Assembly (NCBI RefSeq): GCF_001194135.2 | Contig: NC_068989.1 | Location: forward strand, 10,903,652 to 10,967,651 | Direction of reading: 5' to 3' | Length of the DNA: 64,000 bases | DNA from: Octopus bimaculoides | Lineage: Eukaryota | In this document: positions 36,531 to 49,226 of the stretch, in pieces | How the letters are laid out: each line of letters starts with the position of its first letter | How positions within the stretch are numbered: the stretch's first letter is position 1 | Notes under the pieces: model-generated | Seen by the model: only the letters and a program-made list of their open reading frames with translations | Databases searched by the model: none | What the model was told of the DNA's origin: nothing | Translations under genes and position numbers: made by a program

Positions 36531-37458
36531 TTCGATTTAGATATGATAAAATATCATAACTAGAAATGATTTACTTCATCTGCTATTAGCATGTGCAATG
36601 AAATCCTGCAAGTTATTGCTACAAATGGATTTCCCAAAATGCCTTGAAGATAAAAAAAACGGATCTGTTTCATAACTTTCAAAATTATCCAACCACCTTA
36701 AAAACCTCAGACTTTTTTCAGTGTTTAAGTAACGATTATTGATCATTATCAATAAAATTATAAAAGCTGACCAGCCATATTACTTACGGACAAACAATAC
36801 AATTGTGCTTATTCAGAGAGTAAGCTGTAGAAAAAAAAACTGGACGTGATTCTAGAAAACTAACTGTAGATTTGAAATCAGCATGCCAATTTTAGTCTGG
36901 ATCAAGTGAAAAACTTAACAGAATTGTGTTATTAGTAACAAATTGTTGATACAATGAATAAATCTAACATAAGATAAACGAGTATAGAAACTGTGCAAAG
37001 ATGGAGTCAATGATGTAGATGTTGATTGCGCAGACTATAGAGAGATTTTAACTGGATAGAAAATAGTGTGTAGATGTTGACTGGAAATATATGTAGATAT
37101 TAGCTGGACAATTTGGATTTGTTGTTGATGATGCTATATGGGGCAGAGATACTCAATATTTAGGCAATACAAACAACCCATGTTTGCTTAAACGCTTGTG
37201 TCCACTACCCTTATAAATATGGATCATTAATCCTGCAAAAGTAGTTCGTGAATGTCTCAACAATCACACAAGTCTCTTAGTTTTGACCTTTCCTAAGTTT
37301 TAAGTGTACGAATTTGTCATGCACTTTTCATTTCTTTTTTTCTTTGCCGATATCGCTATCTAATCACTCCACTTACGTCACTAATACCCTCGTAAAAGGC
37401 GTGGGATTTTACAAACAATATTTCTTCTCATCGAAAAAATCTTAAGCTTCGTACTTAC

Positions 37459-37496
37459 CTTGAGAAGGCGGCCAGGAACCACACTAACACACGCTT
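37459..37496 (-). CDS. Candidate small exon ending in a consensus donor; coding status uncertain
   Basis: CAAG|GTAAGTAC donor with the intron starting at 37458. Acceptor ambiguous; one reading is (E)ACVSVVPGRLLK. Confidence 0.2.
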
Positions 37497-37819
37497 CTAG
37501 TTACACTAAAATAAAGTCACATTCATCTACGTCCAAAATCAGACAAACTGAGACAATCAAAAAGTTTTTATAAACATTTTTTTTTTTAAAAAGACTGTTG
37601 ATGTTTAATATACTTTTGATTCAAAGGTCTGTGCTGACCCAGTATAATAGTTGCATGTCGTTACGAATATTTTCGTTGTTAGCTTTATAAATATTTTTGT
37701 GTTTGTTTTACCGACATCAGCTCTTATCAAGCAAAGTTATGAACAAAAACATCTTGAACATGATCATCTCTTCTTTTGCCCACCTTTTTCAGAAGCATAA
37801 TCTATGTAAAGCTACGTTA

Positions 37820-38900
37820 TCCATTGTTCTTCCTTTTAATAAGGTAGTAGAGTGTATTTTTCGTCATCCCATTCATCGTTTCTTTTACACATATTCTCCA
37901 TAACCTTACTCGCTTGTACAACTATTACAGATAGGCATGCAACTACCAATGGCATACTTAGATTTAATGTAGCAGTGGAGTGACAAAAGCTAATTTGCTA
38001 AAGATATAAGTAGACACACATAATTATGGTGAATGTGGATAGTTTTCAGACCCTTATACGGTCTTTTCGCCCTAATGACTTTTCTCGGCTTTTGAGGTAT
38101 CTCAATGCACCACTCACTGATCACAGTACAGCCACGTTCCGGAAAACCCAAGAAAATGACAGTTTATCATCCCCAAGACAGTTTCCACAACTTTCTGTGC
38201 TGGTCGCTTGCTCTTGAAATTCTTAGACCTTGGAGAAAACGTGTGACGCCATTCCATGGTCTGGGCCTTCGTTTCTTGATAATAAAGATACGGCCACACT
38301 TTGTCCCCTGTCACTAGACATGGAAAAACGTATCATTGGCTTCAAACGTATCCAATAGATCAGACAAGATTTCCACCCCTCCCCTACTTCATATTGATGT
38401 TAACTGCTAAGGTATACAATTTGCACACATTTTTCGATATTCAGTCTTCCACCATTTTGTGTAATTATTGTAAACACAGACCAGTTATGCAACAAGCACA
38501 GTAATTAATTTGTCTGCGTGAATTAATTTATCCCCTTCCTGGCGATTAGTGTCAGTAATTGCAGTTGATTATCCCCCACTGTCCAGTGTGTTTTCAACAC
38601 AATTTGCTCTTCTTAATCTTTCCATCCATCTGCGCACATTGCTCTTGTTAATAATGTCATTTCTATAAACAACCCGTAGCTTTCTGTGGGTGTCGGACCC
38701 CTACACCTCTCCTTCTTCAAAAACTCAATGGCGGCACACTACTTGGAAGCCCTCAATTATTTGCTTGAAATGTAGTAAAACTAGAAGAGTTAACTACAGG
38801 GAAAGAGTTACTCAAGCAAAATGTGCAATTTGATCAATCTACATCAGTTAATACAAACAAAAATATATCCTCTTTCGCAATAGTTTGGATATAACCTTCG
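37820..38900 (-). mobile_element. Decayed mariner (Tc1/mariner) transposon
   Basis: TGDKVWPYLYYQETKAQTMEWRHTFSPRSKNFKS..PAQKVVETV catalytic-domain start, an N-terminal AAIEFL.K...H..L.VVY...SNVRRW remnant, a GEYV C-terminus, and a TA-CGAAGGTTATATCC TIR at 38900. Confidence 0.85.
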
Positions 38901-39164
38901 TATATCAGTAATAAATAATACATCAATGCATCATTGTACAAAAAGAATGTGTGTGTGTATGTATCTGCGTGCGCGCGCGTGCATGTGTGTGCTTGTGTGT
39001 GTGTTTTTGTGTGTGTGATAAATCGTTATGGCATTAAATAAAAATCGATCTAAGACATAAACAAGCTAAACAATTTTATGTAACAAATATAAACAGTTGA
39101 ATATAGCAGGTAAGAGACAATAAATATAAGATAGTAAAAATGGCGACGATGGGAAGAAGGAAGG

Positions 39165-39204
<40 letters not shown>

Positions 39205-39589
39205 AAGAAGAAGAAATGAGGATGATGATGAAGACAACGACGATGATGATGAAGACGATTTCCGACTTTGGCACAAAGTCACATATTTTTGGGACTCGAT
39301 TTGATCAGCATTTGTATTTGAGTAGCACTTGTTTTACCGATTCTGCAGTCTAAAAGTCCAAGTCAGCGTTAAGGCCTCTTCGAAAAGAGGAAAACTCATA
39401 CAAATCATTATGTTGTGGAATAGACCGGAAGCAAAATTATAAATACTTTGGAATCACGTAGTTTGATAGAATCCAAGTCACACACAGAAAAAGAACGAGT
39501 AGAGTAGAATATTATAATCGCTTCTGGTTGATGCTCAAAAATAAGTTTTCAGTATCGAAGTTCTTCCTGTAATAGGTTCAAGTCTTGGC

Positions 39590-40085
39590 AAAGGGACAGC
39601 AGCAGCTATTGAGGGAAAAAGGTATGAACCTCGAAAGGGTGAAAGGTAAAGTCGACCTCGGTAGAACTTGAGCCCATAACGTAAAAACGTACGAAATGCC
39701 GGCAGTTTTTAAAACGGGGAGTCGATTACATCGACCCCAGTACTTGACTGGTATTTATTTCATCGATCCCAAAAGCATGAAAGGCAAAGTCTACCTCAGC
39801 AAAATTTAAACCCAAAATGTAAAGACGGACGAAATATCGCAAAGCATTTTGTCCGGTGTGCTAACGATTCTCCCTGTTCACCACCTTACATAACTAAATG
39901 ACCCTTTTCCGCTACTGCCACAAATCCTGGAATTTTGTGGAAGAGGAGAAAGTCGATTACTTAACCGCGGAAAAGTATGAAATGCAAAGTCGACCTCGGT
40001 GGAATTTGAACCCAGAACATAAAGACAGACGAAATACCGCTAAGCATTTCGCTCGGCGTGCTAACGTTTCTGCCAGCTCGCCGCC
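39590..40085 (-). mobile_element. Cluster of three SINE family A copies or fragments
   Basis: Three successive AAAGTCGACCTCGG/AAAGTCTACCTCAG core-B-box units. Confidence 0.8.
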
Positions 40086-40152
40086 GTCAATAACAATTGT
40101 GTATTAAAAAATCAACATAGCACTTGCAGATCACTGTAATACAGTGTAGAGT

Positions 40153-40513
40153 GGAGGCGCAATAGCCCAGTGGTTAGGGCATCGGATTCGCGCTCGTAGG
40201 ATCGCGGTTTCGATTCCTAGACCGGGCGTTGTGAGTGTTTATTGAGCGAAAACACTTAAAACTCCACGAGTCTCCGCAGGTGGTGGTGATGGCGAACCCT
40301 ACTTTCTCTCACTCTTTGTTCCTATTTCTCTTGTACCTGTATTTCAAAGGGCCAGCATTGTTACACTCTGTGTCACGCTGAATATCCCCGAGAACTACGT
40401 TGAGGGTACACGTGTATGTGGAATGCTCAGCCACTTGCACGTTAATTTCTCGAGCAGGATGTTCTGTTGATCGGATCAACGGGAACCCTCGTCGTTGTAA
40501 CCGGCGGAGTGCC
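40153..40513 (+). mobile_element. SINE family D (tRNA-derived head), near full length
   Basis: GGAGGCGCAATAGCCCAGTGGTTAGGG A-box and GGTTTCGATTCC B-box. An isolated head fragment of the same family lies at 49160-49185 (-). Confidence 0.8.
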
Positions 40514-40683
40514 ACGAATACAGTGTAGAAGTGAACTGAAAAAATTACACTTACAAATTGCATCGAAAAACACTATGGTAGTTAAGCAATAGAGCTTATC
40601 ATGCCATTTGTAACTGGCATAACTGCAGTGATACACAAATATTGCTACAACAACTTTGACAAAATGACCTACATTCCAGAAAT

Positions 40684-40896
40684 ATTATTCTACTCTAGGT
40701 ACAAGGCCCAAAATTTTGGGGAGGGGTAGCCGGTCGATTAGATCGACCCCCGTACGCAAATGGTACTTAATTTATCGACTCCGAAAGGATGAAAGGCAAA
40801 GTTGGCCTCGACGGAATTTGAACTCAGAACGTAAAGACAGACGAAATACCGCTAAGCATTTCGCCCGGCGTGCAAACAGTTCTGCCAGCTCACCGC
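40684..40896 (-). mobile_element. SINE family A, full length, 10-nt TSD
   Basis: TSD ATTCCAGAAA at 40673-40682 and 40903-40912. Confidence 0.9.
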
Positions 40897-40913
40897 CTTT
40901 ATATTCCAGAAAA

Positions 40914-41090
40914 TAGTAATTTCGCAATCCTTCGACTATCGCGATTGTTACGTTTCAAACTCCACCGCGATAGGTGAAAATCCGCGATAGGTGAAAATCC
41001 GCGAAGTAGAAACAGTACTATACTGAATATTTTTTTAATTATCTTTATAAAATTATTTTGTTTATATTTATTTTATTATAAATGCAAAAT
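40914..41090. mobile_element. One end of the Tigger/pogo-like element family, with an internal 17-nt tandem duplication
   Basis: TTCGACTATCGCGATT...CCGCGATAGGTGAAAAT x2, matching the reverse complement of 15676-15739. Confidence 0.6.
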
Positions 41091-41149
41091 AACAACAACA
41101 ACAATAATAATAATGATAATAGTAATAGTAATAATAATAATAATAATAA

Positions 41150-41325
41150 CAACATTGAAAAATACCTTAGGAATGAGAACCCAGGTTCGAAATTTCCCCA
41201 TGACACCTGAAGAAGGCTGGAGGGTATATCAGCCGAAACGTTGCGTTAACAACAAACAAGATGAGGACAAATATACGTCGAATGTAAATAATGTACATAA
41301 TTCCTCATCTCTTAAATATAGAACT
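41150..41325 (+). mobile_element. Short repeat family F (hammerhead-bearing, Penelope-terminus-like)
   Basis: ~175-nt unit preceded by (AAT)n, near-identical to 42967-43111 (-) and 52855-53021 (+). Confidence 0.9.
41202..41247 (+). ncRNA. Minimal type-I hammerhead ribozyme motif
   Basis: GACAC-CUGAAGA-A-GGCUG(10 nt)CAGCC-GAAA-CGUU|GCGUU; one mismatch in stem I. Confidence 0.7.
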
Positions 41326-41426
41326 GCATTTATTTACATGTTCTCCAATATTTATCTAACTCTTGTTCCAAGACAGGGAACGATTTGTATATTTCTCATT
41401 ATACAGGTCATGTATAATGGTTTCTG

Positions 41427-41558
41427 ATTTAGGTACAAAGCCAGTAATTTTGAGGGGATGGGTTTAGTTGTTATCATCAACACCTCAGTACTCGATTAGT
41501 ACTTATTTTATCGACCCAAAGGCAAAGTTGACATTGGTAGGATTTGGAATCAAACCAT
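41427..41558 (-). mobile_element. SINE family A, degraded 3' half
   Basis: AGTACTTATTTTATCGACCC...GGCAAAGTTGAC. Confidence 0.6.
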
Positions 41559-42167
41559 CTATAATAAAAATAACAATAATAATAAAATAAAAACGAAAAA
41601 AAGTTTTCGATACAAAGTAAAATGAAGAGAATTTAAAATAAAACTAACGCTATGTCTATAAATAAATCAATTAACAATAAAAACATGACTGGCCGAGTTA
41701 GAATGTGTAATGAAGTTCGATGTGTAACATCATTCCTTTCACGATACGAGAGTAATGTAATACGTGCCTCAGAAGCAACGTGTTGGCTCGCAGAAGATAA
41801 AGAGTCTTACAGATAAAGTCCACAAGAAAATTAAATTAAAAGTGGATGGGCTAATGTACTACACTACATTGAAGTTTTACAATCCTGTTATACGTCAATA
41901 CAATATCCAACAAACGTGTGTGCTGTAAAAGAGACAACAAAATCGATAAACATCAATCGAAGTGAGCACCTGTTCAAGTTACACACAAACAGGCATTGCC
42001 ACGAGAGAATATAACAGGACCCTGTGAGATATTCTTTCCACAGAAACAGATTGATTGGTTTAATCTATTCAGTCGCAATGATAGTATCAAGAGAAAACAT
42101 GCTTTTCGTATGCAAGCCGGCGGGGCCCGCTCTGAGCACTCTAATTTTTTCACAGTGAATGTACCGG

Positions 42168-42252
42168 CCGCCTCGGACATTCGGCGAAGAGCACCCTCTT
42201 CTATTTTTAATTTTTCAAATTCTTCCTCTGAGGAAGGTGTTGATGGTTTCTA
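42168..42252 (-). CDS. Candidate coding exon of an unidentified gene (KPSTPSSEEEFEKLKIEEGALRRMSEAA)
   Basis: Acceptor CTTGTATCTCTGTTAG, open frame with protein-like composition, possible donor CCG|GTACAT (weak; the frame stays open to 41974). Confidence 0.35.
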
Positions 42253-42450
42253 ACAGAGATACAAGACGCCATCGTTGGAATGTTGATAACGAAAACAATG
42301 TCACATTTTAAACTTGCGAAAAGTCTTCCATATTTTTACTTTTCCGCTTACAGATTATATTTGTAATGTACGAGTTAGTTGACTGATTATTCATGTAGGC
42401 ATGTATATTATATTATATTATATTATATTATATTATATCATATCATAGGG

Positions 42451-42830
42451 CAGGCGTGGCTGTGTGGTTGAAGTTTGTTTCCCTACCTCATAGTTCCGAG
42501 TTCAGTTACGTTGCGTGGCACCTTGGACAAGTGTCTTCTACAATAGCCTCGGGCCGACCAAAGCCTTGTGAGTGGATTTGGTAGACGGAAACTAAAAGGA
42601 GCTCTCCGTATGTGTGTGTGTGTGTTTGTGTCTGCGTTTGTCTCCCACCACTGCTTGACAACCGGTGCTGGTGTATTTACGTTCCTATAACTTAGCAGTT
42701 CGGCATGAGAGTTCGATAGAATAAGTACCAGGCTTTAAAAAAACACTACTGGGGTCGATTCAATTGCTTAAAAATTCTTCAAGGCGGTGCCCCAGCATGT
42801 CCGCAGTCTAATAGCTGAAACAAGTAAAAG
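42451..42830 (+). mobile_element. SINE family B, full length
   Basis: GGCGTGGCTGTGTGG head, GAGTTCAGTT B-box-like motif, internal (TG)n and CTGAAACAAGTAAAAG tail. Confidence 0.9.
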
Positions 42831-42966
42831 GTATATATACGCATGCGAATATACATACATACATATATCAATTTTTCTTTATTTTCCACGCTTCTTTTCT
42901 CTAGTATTATAGACCTATTCCGACTTCGATGGGTACAGCAATTCAGAGTAATAATAATACTTGATT

Positions 42967-43108
42967 TACATTATTTACATTTGACGGATATTTGTCCTCA
43001 TCCTGCTTGTTGCTAACACAACGTTTCGGCTGATATACCCTCCAGCCTTCTTCAGATGTCTTGGGGGAAATTTCGAACCTGGGTTCTCATTCCTAAGGTA
43101 TTTTTCGA

Positions 43109-43111
<3 letters not shown>
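42967..43111 (-). mobile_element. Short repeat family F, with hammerhead motif at 43015-43060
   Basis: Reverse complement reads GACAU-CUGAAGA-A-GGCUG...CAGCC-GAAA-CGUU|GUGUU and is preceded on its own strand by (AAT)n. Confidence 0.9.
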
Positions 43112-43172
<61 letters not shown>

Positions 43173-43690
43173 CAGTTTGAACGAGAGCAGAAAAGATAAA
43201 GCACCAGCAGTAGAGAACTGATTGTAGCTGCACAGGCTCAGTTTTTTTATAAACATACACACAAATACAAGACAAGCACGCACACCAGCATGATTGGATT
43301 GCAGATAGTTNNNNNNNNNNNNNNNNNNNNNNNNNNNNNNNNNNNNNNNNNNNNNNNNNNNNNNNNNNNNNNNNNNNNNNNNNNNNNNNNNNNNNNNNNN
43401 NNNNNNNNNNNNNNNNNNNNNNNNNNNNNNNNNNNNNNNNNNNNNNNNNNNNNNNNNNNNNNNNNNNNNNNNNNNNNNNNNNNNNNNNNNNNNNNNNNNN
43501 NNNNNNNNNNNNNNNNNNNNNNNNNNNNNNNNNNNNNNNNNNNNNNNNNNNNNNNNNNNNNNNNNNNCAGGTAAGTATGTTCGTCGAAAGACGAGAGCAT
43601 TTGTCATCATTGATATTTAAACTATTTTGAAGAACTAGTACAAATCATCGCCACATTTCGTCAGTAAACAAATTGAATCGAGGTACTTAC

Positions 43691-43720
43691 CTAATTACAG
43701 ATTTTTCCTGAAGATAACAG
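43691..43720 (-). other. Candidate 30-nt exon with strong splice sites; has a stop in phase 0
   Basis: Acceptor GCTTTTTACCCCTATCACAG and donor TAG|GTAAGTAC. Confidence 0.3.
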
Positions 43721-44163
43721 CTGTGATAGGGGTAAAAAGCAAACTGCTAAGTACCAAAGAAAACGAGGTATTTGCTTAGATTTTTATCTCATTCAAGTAT
43801 AAACACTTAACAAATTGTTTATGAGAATACTTGAAACAAACAAACGTGATAAGGTTTCCTTTTGTTTTGTTTTTGGGTGTTTTTTTTTTTTTTGACAAAA
43901 TATAAACTAAGAATTCTTAATTCTTCGTTAATCCGTTGTCTTAGCTGGAATTGTAGCTGTTGTTGTTGTTATTTTTCATGTTGCTTTCTTGTTGCTGCTG
44001 TTGTTGTTGTCCTTTGTATTCGCCAATTTCCTTTTCAACACCAGTGAAAAACGATCTTCCGTAAGTATTGATGAAGTTTTGTTACAGCTGATAGTGTTGT
44101 TGTGGTGGTGGTTCTCGTGGTAGATTTACCGATGTCTGAGGAGCAAATTTATATGTGTGTGTG

Positions 44164-44227
<64 letters not shown>

Positions 44228-44542
44228 TTTTAAAAAGGGTTTATATTAGCTGCTCATTTCTACACCTTTTTTTTTTAATTGTAGAATATTATTGGAAGAA
44301 GGCTATCATATAAGTACTGCCTCACAAGTCTTGTTGTTATCGATCTTATTGCTGTATTTAAAGGATGATCTACATCGCCACTGGCGAGAAGTATCTGTGG
44401 TTATGGATTTGGTCTTAGTATTGACTCGCGATGGTATGACAATTCTGGGAAAATATACAACCGTTGCTGTTCATCTTTGAATGGATCTGAACGATTGTCC
44501 CATCTTTCTACCTATACGTAATTGGACTGATGCATGTATATG

Positions 44543-44573
<31 letters not shown>

Positions 44574-45437
44574 TTATGCACATACGGTATATTACATAAA
44601 TATGTGTGTGAGTCTATGCATGTATAAGAATGTGAGGCTGTGATCAGCATGAGAGTATATGCTTGAGTGAGTTTCTCGTGTTCGTACAATTATTTTGTAT
44701 GCTACAGTATTGACACATATGTGTGTGTAAGGGAGAGAGAGAAAGAGAAATAGAGACAGACAGAGACACTGAGAGACAGACAGATAGGAAGACAAAGAGA
44801 CCGGTAGACTGACAGACAGATATTTGAATACAGGTGTAAGTTAGTGTTTGCACAAATGTAAACAACCGTACCTGGTTGTGGGATTACAGTATCTTTTGTA
44901 TGTACTTTTTTTTATGTACTTTTGTTTATGTACTTGAAAAAGAAATAACAGTTTGAAAAGAAGTATTATTTATGCATGTGCCCATATAAAGTATGTGTGT
45001 GCGAGTGTGCGTGTGTATGTACATGCCATGTGTATTTATGGAAGTATTTGTGAATGGAGATAAATATCATAAATAATAAGAGGACATTTCCCAGGTACAA
45101 TCTCAAAGTGTTCTTGGTAAGCACCTACAGAAACACGTTTGGTCACCCGCTAATATGGTTAAAATGCCAGAGATAATATGCATTTATATTTATATACAAG
45201 TATGTGTGTGTGTGTGTGTGTGTGTGCGTGTGTGTGAGAGAGAGAGAGAGGGGTGGGGAGAGTACGTCCGTACGTGTATATGTCAGATTACAAAGCTAAG
45301 ATGGCATTGTTTGATTTTGACGGCAGATCGCAGTTAGATTTTTAATAGAGCTGAAGGAATAAAACTGACTTTGAAAAACTTATATATATATGAATGTATA
45401 TGTATATGCGAGTCTATGAATATGTGTATGTATGCAT

Positions 45438-45499
<62 letters not shown>

Positions 45500-45899
45500 C
45501 TACACTCTCTCTCACACACACACACACATATAGATATACACACACACACACATATAGATACACACACACACACACACACACACGTGTACATGATTAGAAG
45601 TATATACATACATACATATGATCTATAAATATCGATCAAATGTACCAATCAATAATATCGAAATTGGATTTGATTCAGCAGATTGGAGGTGGTGGTGTGT
45701 TTGTTATTGTATACGCTGCTGCTGTTTTCGTTGTTCAAGCTCAAGGTCGAGAAAGCAGACTTATGACCAAAAGATCACATCAACCATTACATTCCCGTCT
45801 TTTCTTCCTATCATGCTTGTCGCATCATTAATCGTTTGAGGGATATTTGGCTGCTACTTTTAACAGTTCACCGACTAGGTTGAGGCTCCCTTCGCTTAC

Positions 45900-45969
45900 C
45901 CGTGGCTGGCACCTGCTCTGTGGGACCGATCGTTCGAAAATATTCAATCTATCGATTGCAGCATTGTCG
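45900..45969 (-). CDS. Candidate 70-nt exon (DNAAIDRLNIFERSVPQSRCQPR)
   Basis: Acceptor TTTTCCTTCTGTTTATGAAG, donor CGG|GTAAGC. Only one frame is open, and it ends in phase 0, compatible with 42252. Confidence 0.3.
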
Positions 45970-46511
45970 CTTCATAAACAGAAGGAAAATTCAAATGGAG
46001 GGTGACCTCAGTCAAGTGACACAGCCACCGTGGAGTTTTCCACACACCACCCCCCGTCCCTCCACCAGGAACCCCACAAGCCTATACAAGCTTAGACAGC
46101 TCCCATAAAAGTGTCACCCGAAGCGGAGCGGGCCGGGTCTCCTCCTCTCCATTCCAAATTACACTATTAAACGCTAACGCTACACACCCACACAACCATA
46201 CACGCGCACACACACACACACACACAGACACACACACAAACAAACATACGCACACACAATTACATTCGTACAACACGTACAGTCACACGCTTACAAACAC
46301 ATATACAATACAAACACGAACGCACACCTGCACACACATGCAACCACTTAGATACCTGAACACATGCACAACCATACAGCCACCTTATACACATATATAC
46401 ATACATACATACAGACATACAGACATAACTACATACATACATACCCACTCAAGCGTGCACATACACCAACAAGCATGTGTGTGAGTATATATGTGTGTGA
46501 GAGAGAGAGAT

Positions 46512-46584
<73 letters not shown>

Positions 46585-47089
46585 NNNNNNNNNNNNNNNN
46601 NNNNNNNNNNNNNNNNNNNNNNNNNNNNNNNNNNNNNNNNNNNNNNNNNNNNNNNNNNNNNNNNNNNNNNNNNNNNNNNNNNNNNNNNNNNNNNNNNNNN
46701 NNNNNNNNNNNNNNNNNNNNNNNNNNNNNNNNNNNNNNNNNNNNNNNNNNNNNNNNNNNNNNNNNNNNNNNNNNNNNNNNNNNNNNNNNNNNNNNNNNNN
46801 NNNNNNNNNNNNNNNNNNNNNNNNNNNNNNNNNNNNNNNNNNNNNNNNNNNNNNNNNNNNNNNNNNNNNNNNNNNNNNNNNNNNNNNNNNNNNNNNNNNN
46901 NNNNNNNNNNNNNNNNNNNNNNNNNNNNNNNNNNNNNNNNNNNNNNNNNNNNNNNNNNNNNNNNNNNNNNNNNNNNNNNNNNNNNNNNNNNNNNNNNNNN
47001 NNNNNNNNNNNNNNNNNNNNNNNNNNNNNNNNNNNNNNNNNNNNNNNNNNNNNNNNNNNNNNNNNNNNNNNNNNNNNNNNNNNNNNNNN

Positions 47090-47160
<71 letters not shown>

Positions 47161-47282
47161 TAGATAGATAGATAGAACATATATATAATACATAGATATA
47201 ATAAATATATCTATGTAATATGTGTAATATATATACACACACACACATTATATGTTTGTGTGTGTGTGTTTATGAGTGTATA

Positions 47283-47511
47283 TCTGTCTGTGTTTGTCCC
47301 CTTCCCACCCCTACCACCACAACCACCATTGCTTGAAATCCGTTGTTGGTGTGTTTACGACCCCATAAGTCAACTGTTCAGCAAAAGAGACCGATAAAAG
47401 AAGTACTAGGCTTACAAAGAATAAGTCCTGGTGTCGATGGCATCGATTAGAAACAATTTAAGGTGGTGCTCCAGCATGGCTGCAATTAAAATGAGTAAAA
47501 CAAGTAAAAGA

Positions 47512-47513
<2 letters not shown>
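47283..47513 (+). mobile_element. SINE family B, 3' half
   Basis: AAAGAGACCGATA...AGTACTAGGCTTACAAAGAATAAGTCCTGG...GGTGGTGCTCCAGCATGG...CAAGTAAAAGAAT. Confidence 0.8.
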
Positions 47514-47546
<33 letters not shown>

Positions 47547-47550
47547 CAAA

Positions 47551-47724
47551 AAAAAACAAAAGACGAAGACGGATGTGTAAACAACAAACGGATGTATTAG
47601 TTTAACGCTCGATAAGTAAGAAAGTCTTTTACGTTTCGAGCCGACGCTCTTCAACAGAAAGGAACACTGAAATAAACAGAGAGAGAAAATAAAAAGAGGT
47701 TTAGTGGCTAGCGATCTATCATGG
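47551..47724 (-). mobile_element. Short repeat family G, with variant hammerhead-like motif at 47626-47661
   Basis: Homologous to 54984-55148, sharing the CCATGATAGATCGCTAGCCACTA 5' end. A further fragment lies at 49290-49335. Confidence 0.8.
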
Positions 47725-49185
47725 TGGTGGTGGTGGTGGTGNNNNNNNNNNNNNNNNNNNNNNNNNNNNNNNNNNNNNNNNNNNNNNNNNNNNNNNNNNN
47801 NNNNNNNNNNNNNNNNNNNNNNNNNNNNNNNNNNNNNNNNNNNNNNNNNNNNNNNNNNNNNNNNNNNNNNNNNNNNNNNNNNNNNNNNNNNNNNNNNNNN
47901 NNNNNNNNNNNNNNNNNNNNNNNNNNNNNNNNNNNNNNNNNNNNNNNNNNNNNNNNNNNNNNNNNNNNNNNNNNNNNNNNNNNNNNNNNNNNNNNNNNNN
48001 NNNNNNNNNNNNNNNNNNNNNNNNNNNNNNNNNNNNNNNNNNNNNNNNNNNNNNNNNNNNNNNNNNNNNNNNNNNNNNNNNNNNNNNNNNNNNNNNNNNN
48101 NNNNNNNNNNNNNNNNNNNNNNNNNNNNNNNNNNNNNNNNNNNNNNNNNNNNNNNNNNNNNNNNNNNNNNNNNNNNNNNNNNNNNNNNNNNNNNNNNNNN
48201 NNNNNNNNNNNNNNNNNNNNNNNNNNNNNNNNNNNNNNNNNNNNNNNNNNNNNNNNNNNNNNNNNNNNNNNNNNNNNNNNNNNNNNNNNNNNNNNNNNNN
48301 NNNNNNNNNNNNNNNNNNNNNNNNNNNNNNNNNNNNNNNNNNNNNNNNNNNNNNNNNNNNNNNNNNNNNNNNNNNNNNNNNNNNNNNNNNNNNNNNNNNN
48401 NNNNNNNNNNNNNNNNNNNNNNNNNNNNNNNNNNNNNNNNNNNNNNNNNNNNNNNNNNNNNNNNNNNNNNNNNNNNNNNNNNNNNNNNNNNNNNNNNNNN
48501 NNNNNNNNNNNNNNNNNNNNNNNNNNNNNNNNNNNNNNNNNNNNNNNNNNNNNNNNNNNNNNNNNNNNNNNNNNNNNNNNNNNNNNNNNNNNNNNNNNNN
48601 NNNNNNNNNNNNNNNNNNNNNNNNNNNNNNNNNNNNNNNNNNNNNNNNNNNNTATATATATATATATATATGTATATATATGCACAAAAGTGTATTAGTT
48701 GTTATTCATATGAATGTATAATCTTATGTCATACGTACTTCTTCTCAGTGTTTCAGTGTGTATGTCTGTTCTTCGGTCTTTTGTCCCTGTTGGGATAAAA
48801 AGGATTAATTATGTACGTGCAGCATTTGAGAATATAGGTTATGTACATACACGATGTGTGTTTAGGAAACATAGATATAATATCAAAACTAAGGAAAGTG
48901 AGAGAGTAAGAGTAGAAGAGCGTGAATTTATTTACGAATACAAAGGTGAACGTCTTGTGTATGAATAAATGTAAGGTCCATACTCGTTCAATATGTTTAT
49001 ATTCGTCCGCGTATGAGTCTACGTGTTTGTATGCATACCAAAAGCTAAACATCTGGTGAATTTTACATACTTTTACAGTATCATTACTGGCTTGTAAATG
49101 TAGTTTCCTAATTAACTGCGTCCTTCGTTCTGGTTTTGTGAAAACCAGCTTTTTTATGTCCTAACCACTGGGCCATTGCGCCTCC

Positions 49186-49226
<41 letters not shown>

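Noticed and set aside
40153-40230. tRNA-like sequences at SINE heads
   Set aside because: They lack complete cloverleaf and acceptor stems and continue into SINE bodies; not tRNA genes.
41996-42253. 85-aa plus-strand ORF
   Set aside because: It is the codon-aligned antisense shadow of the minus-strand candidate exon and has no ATG or splice support.
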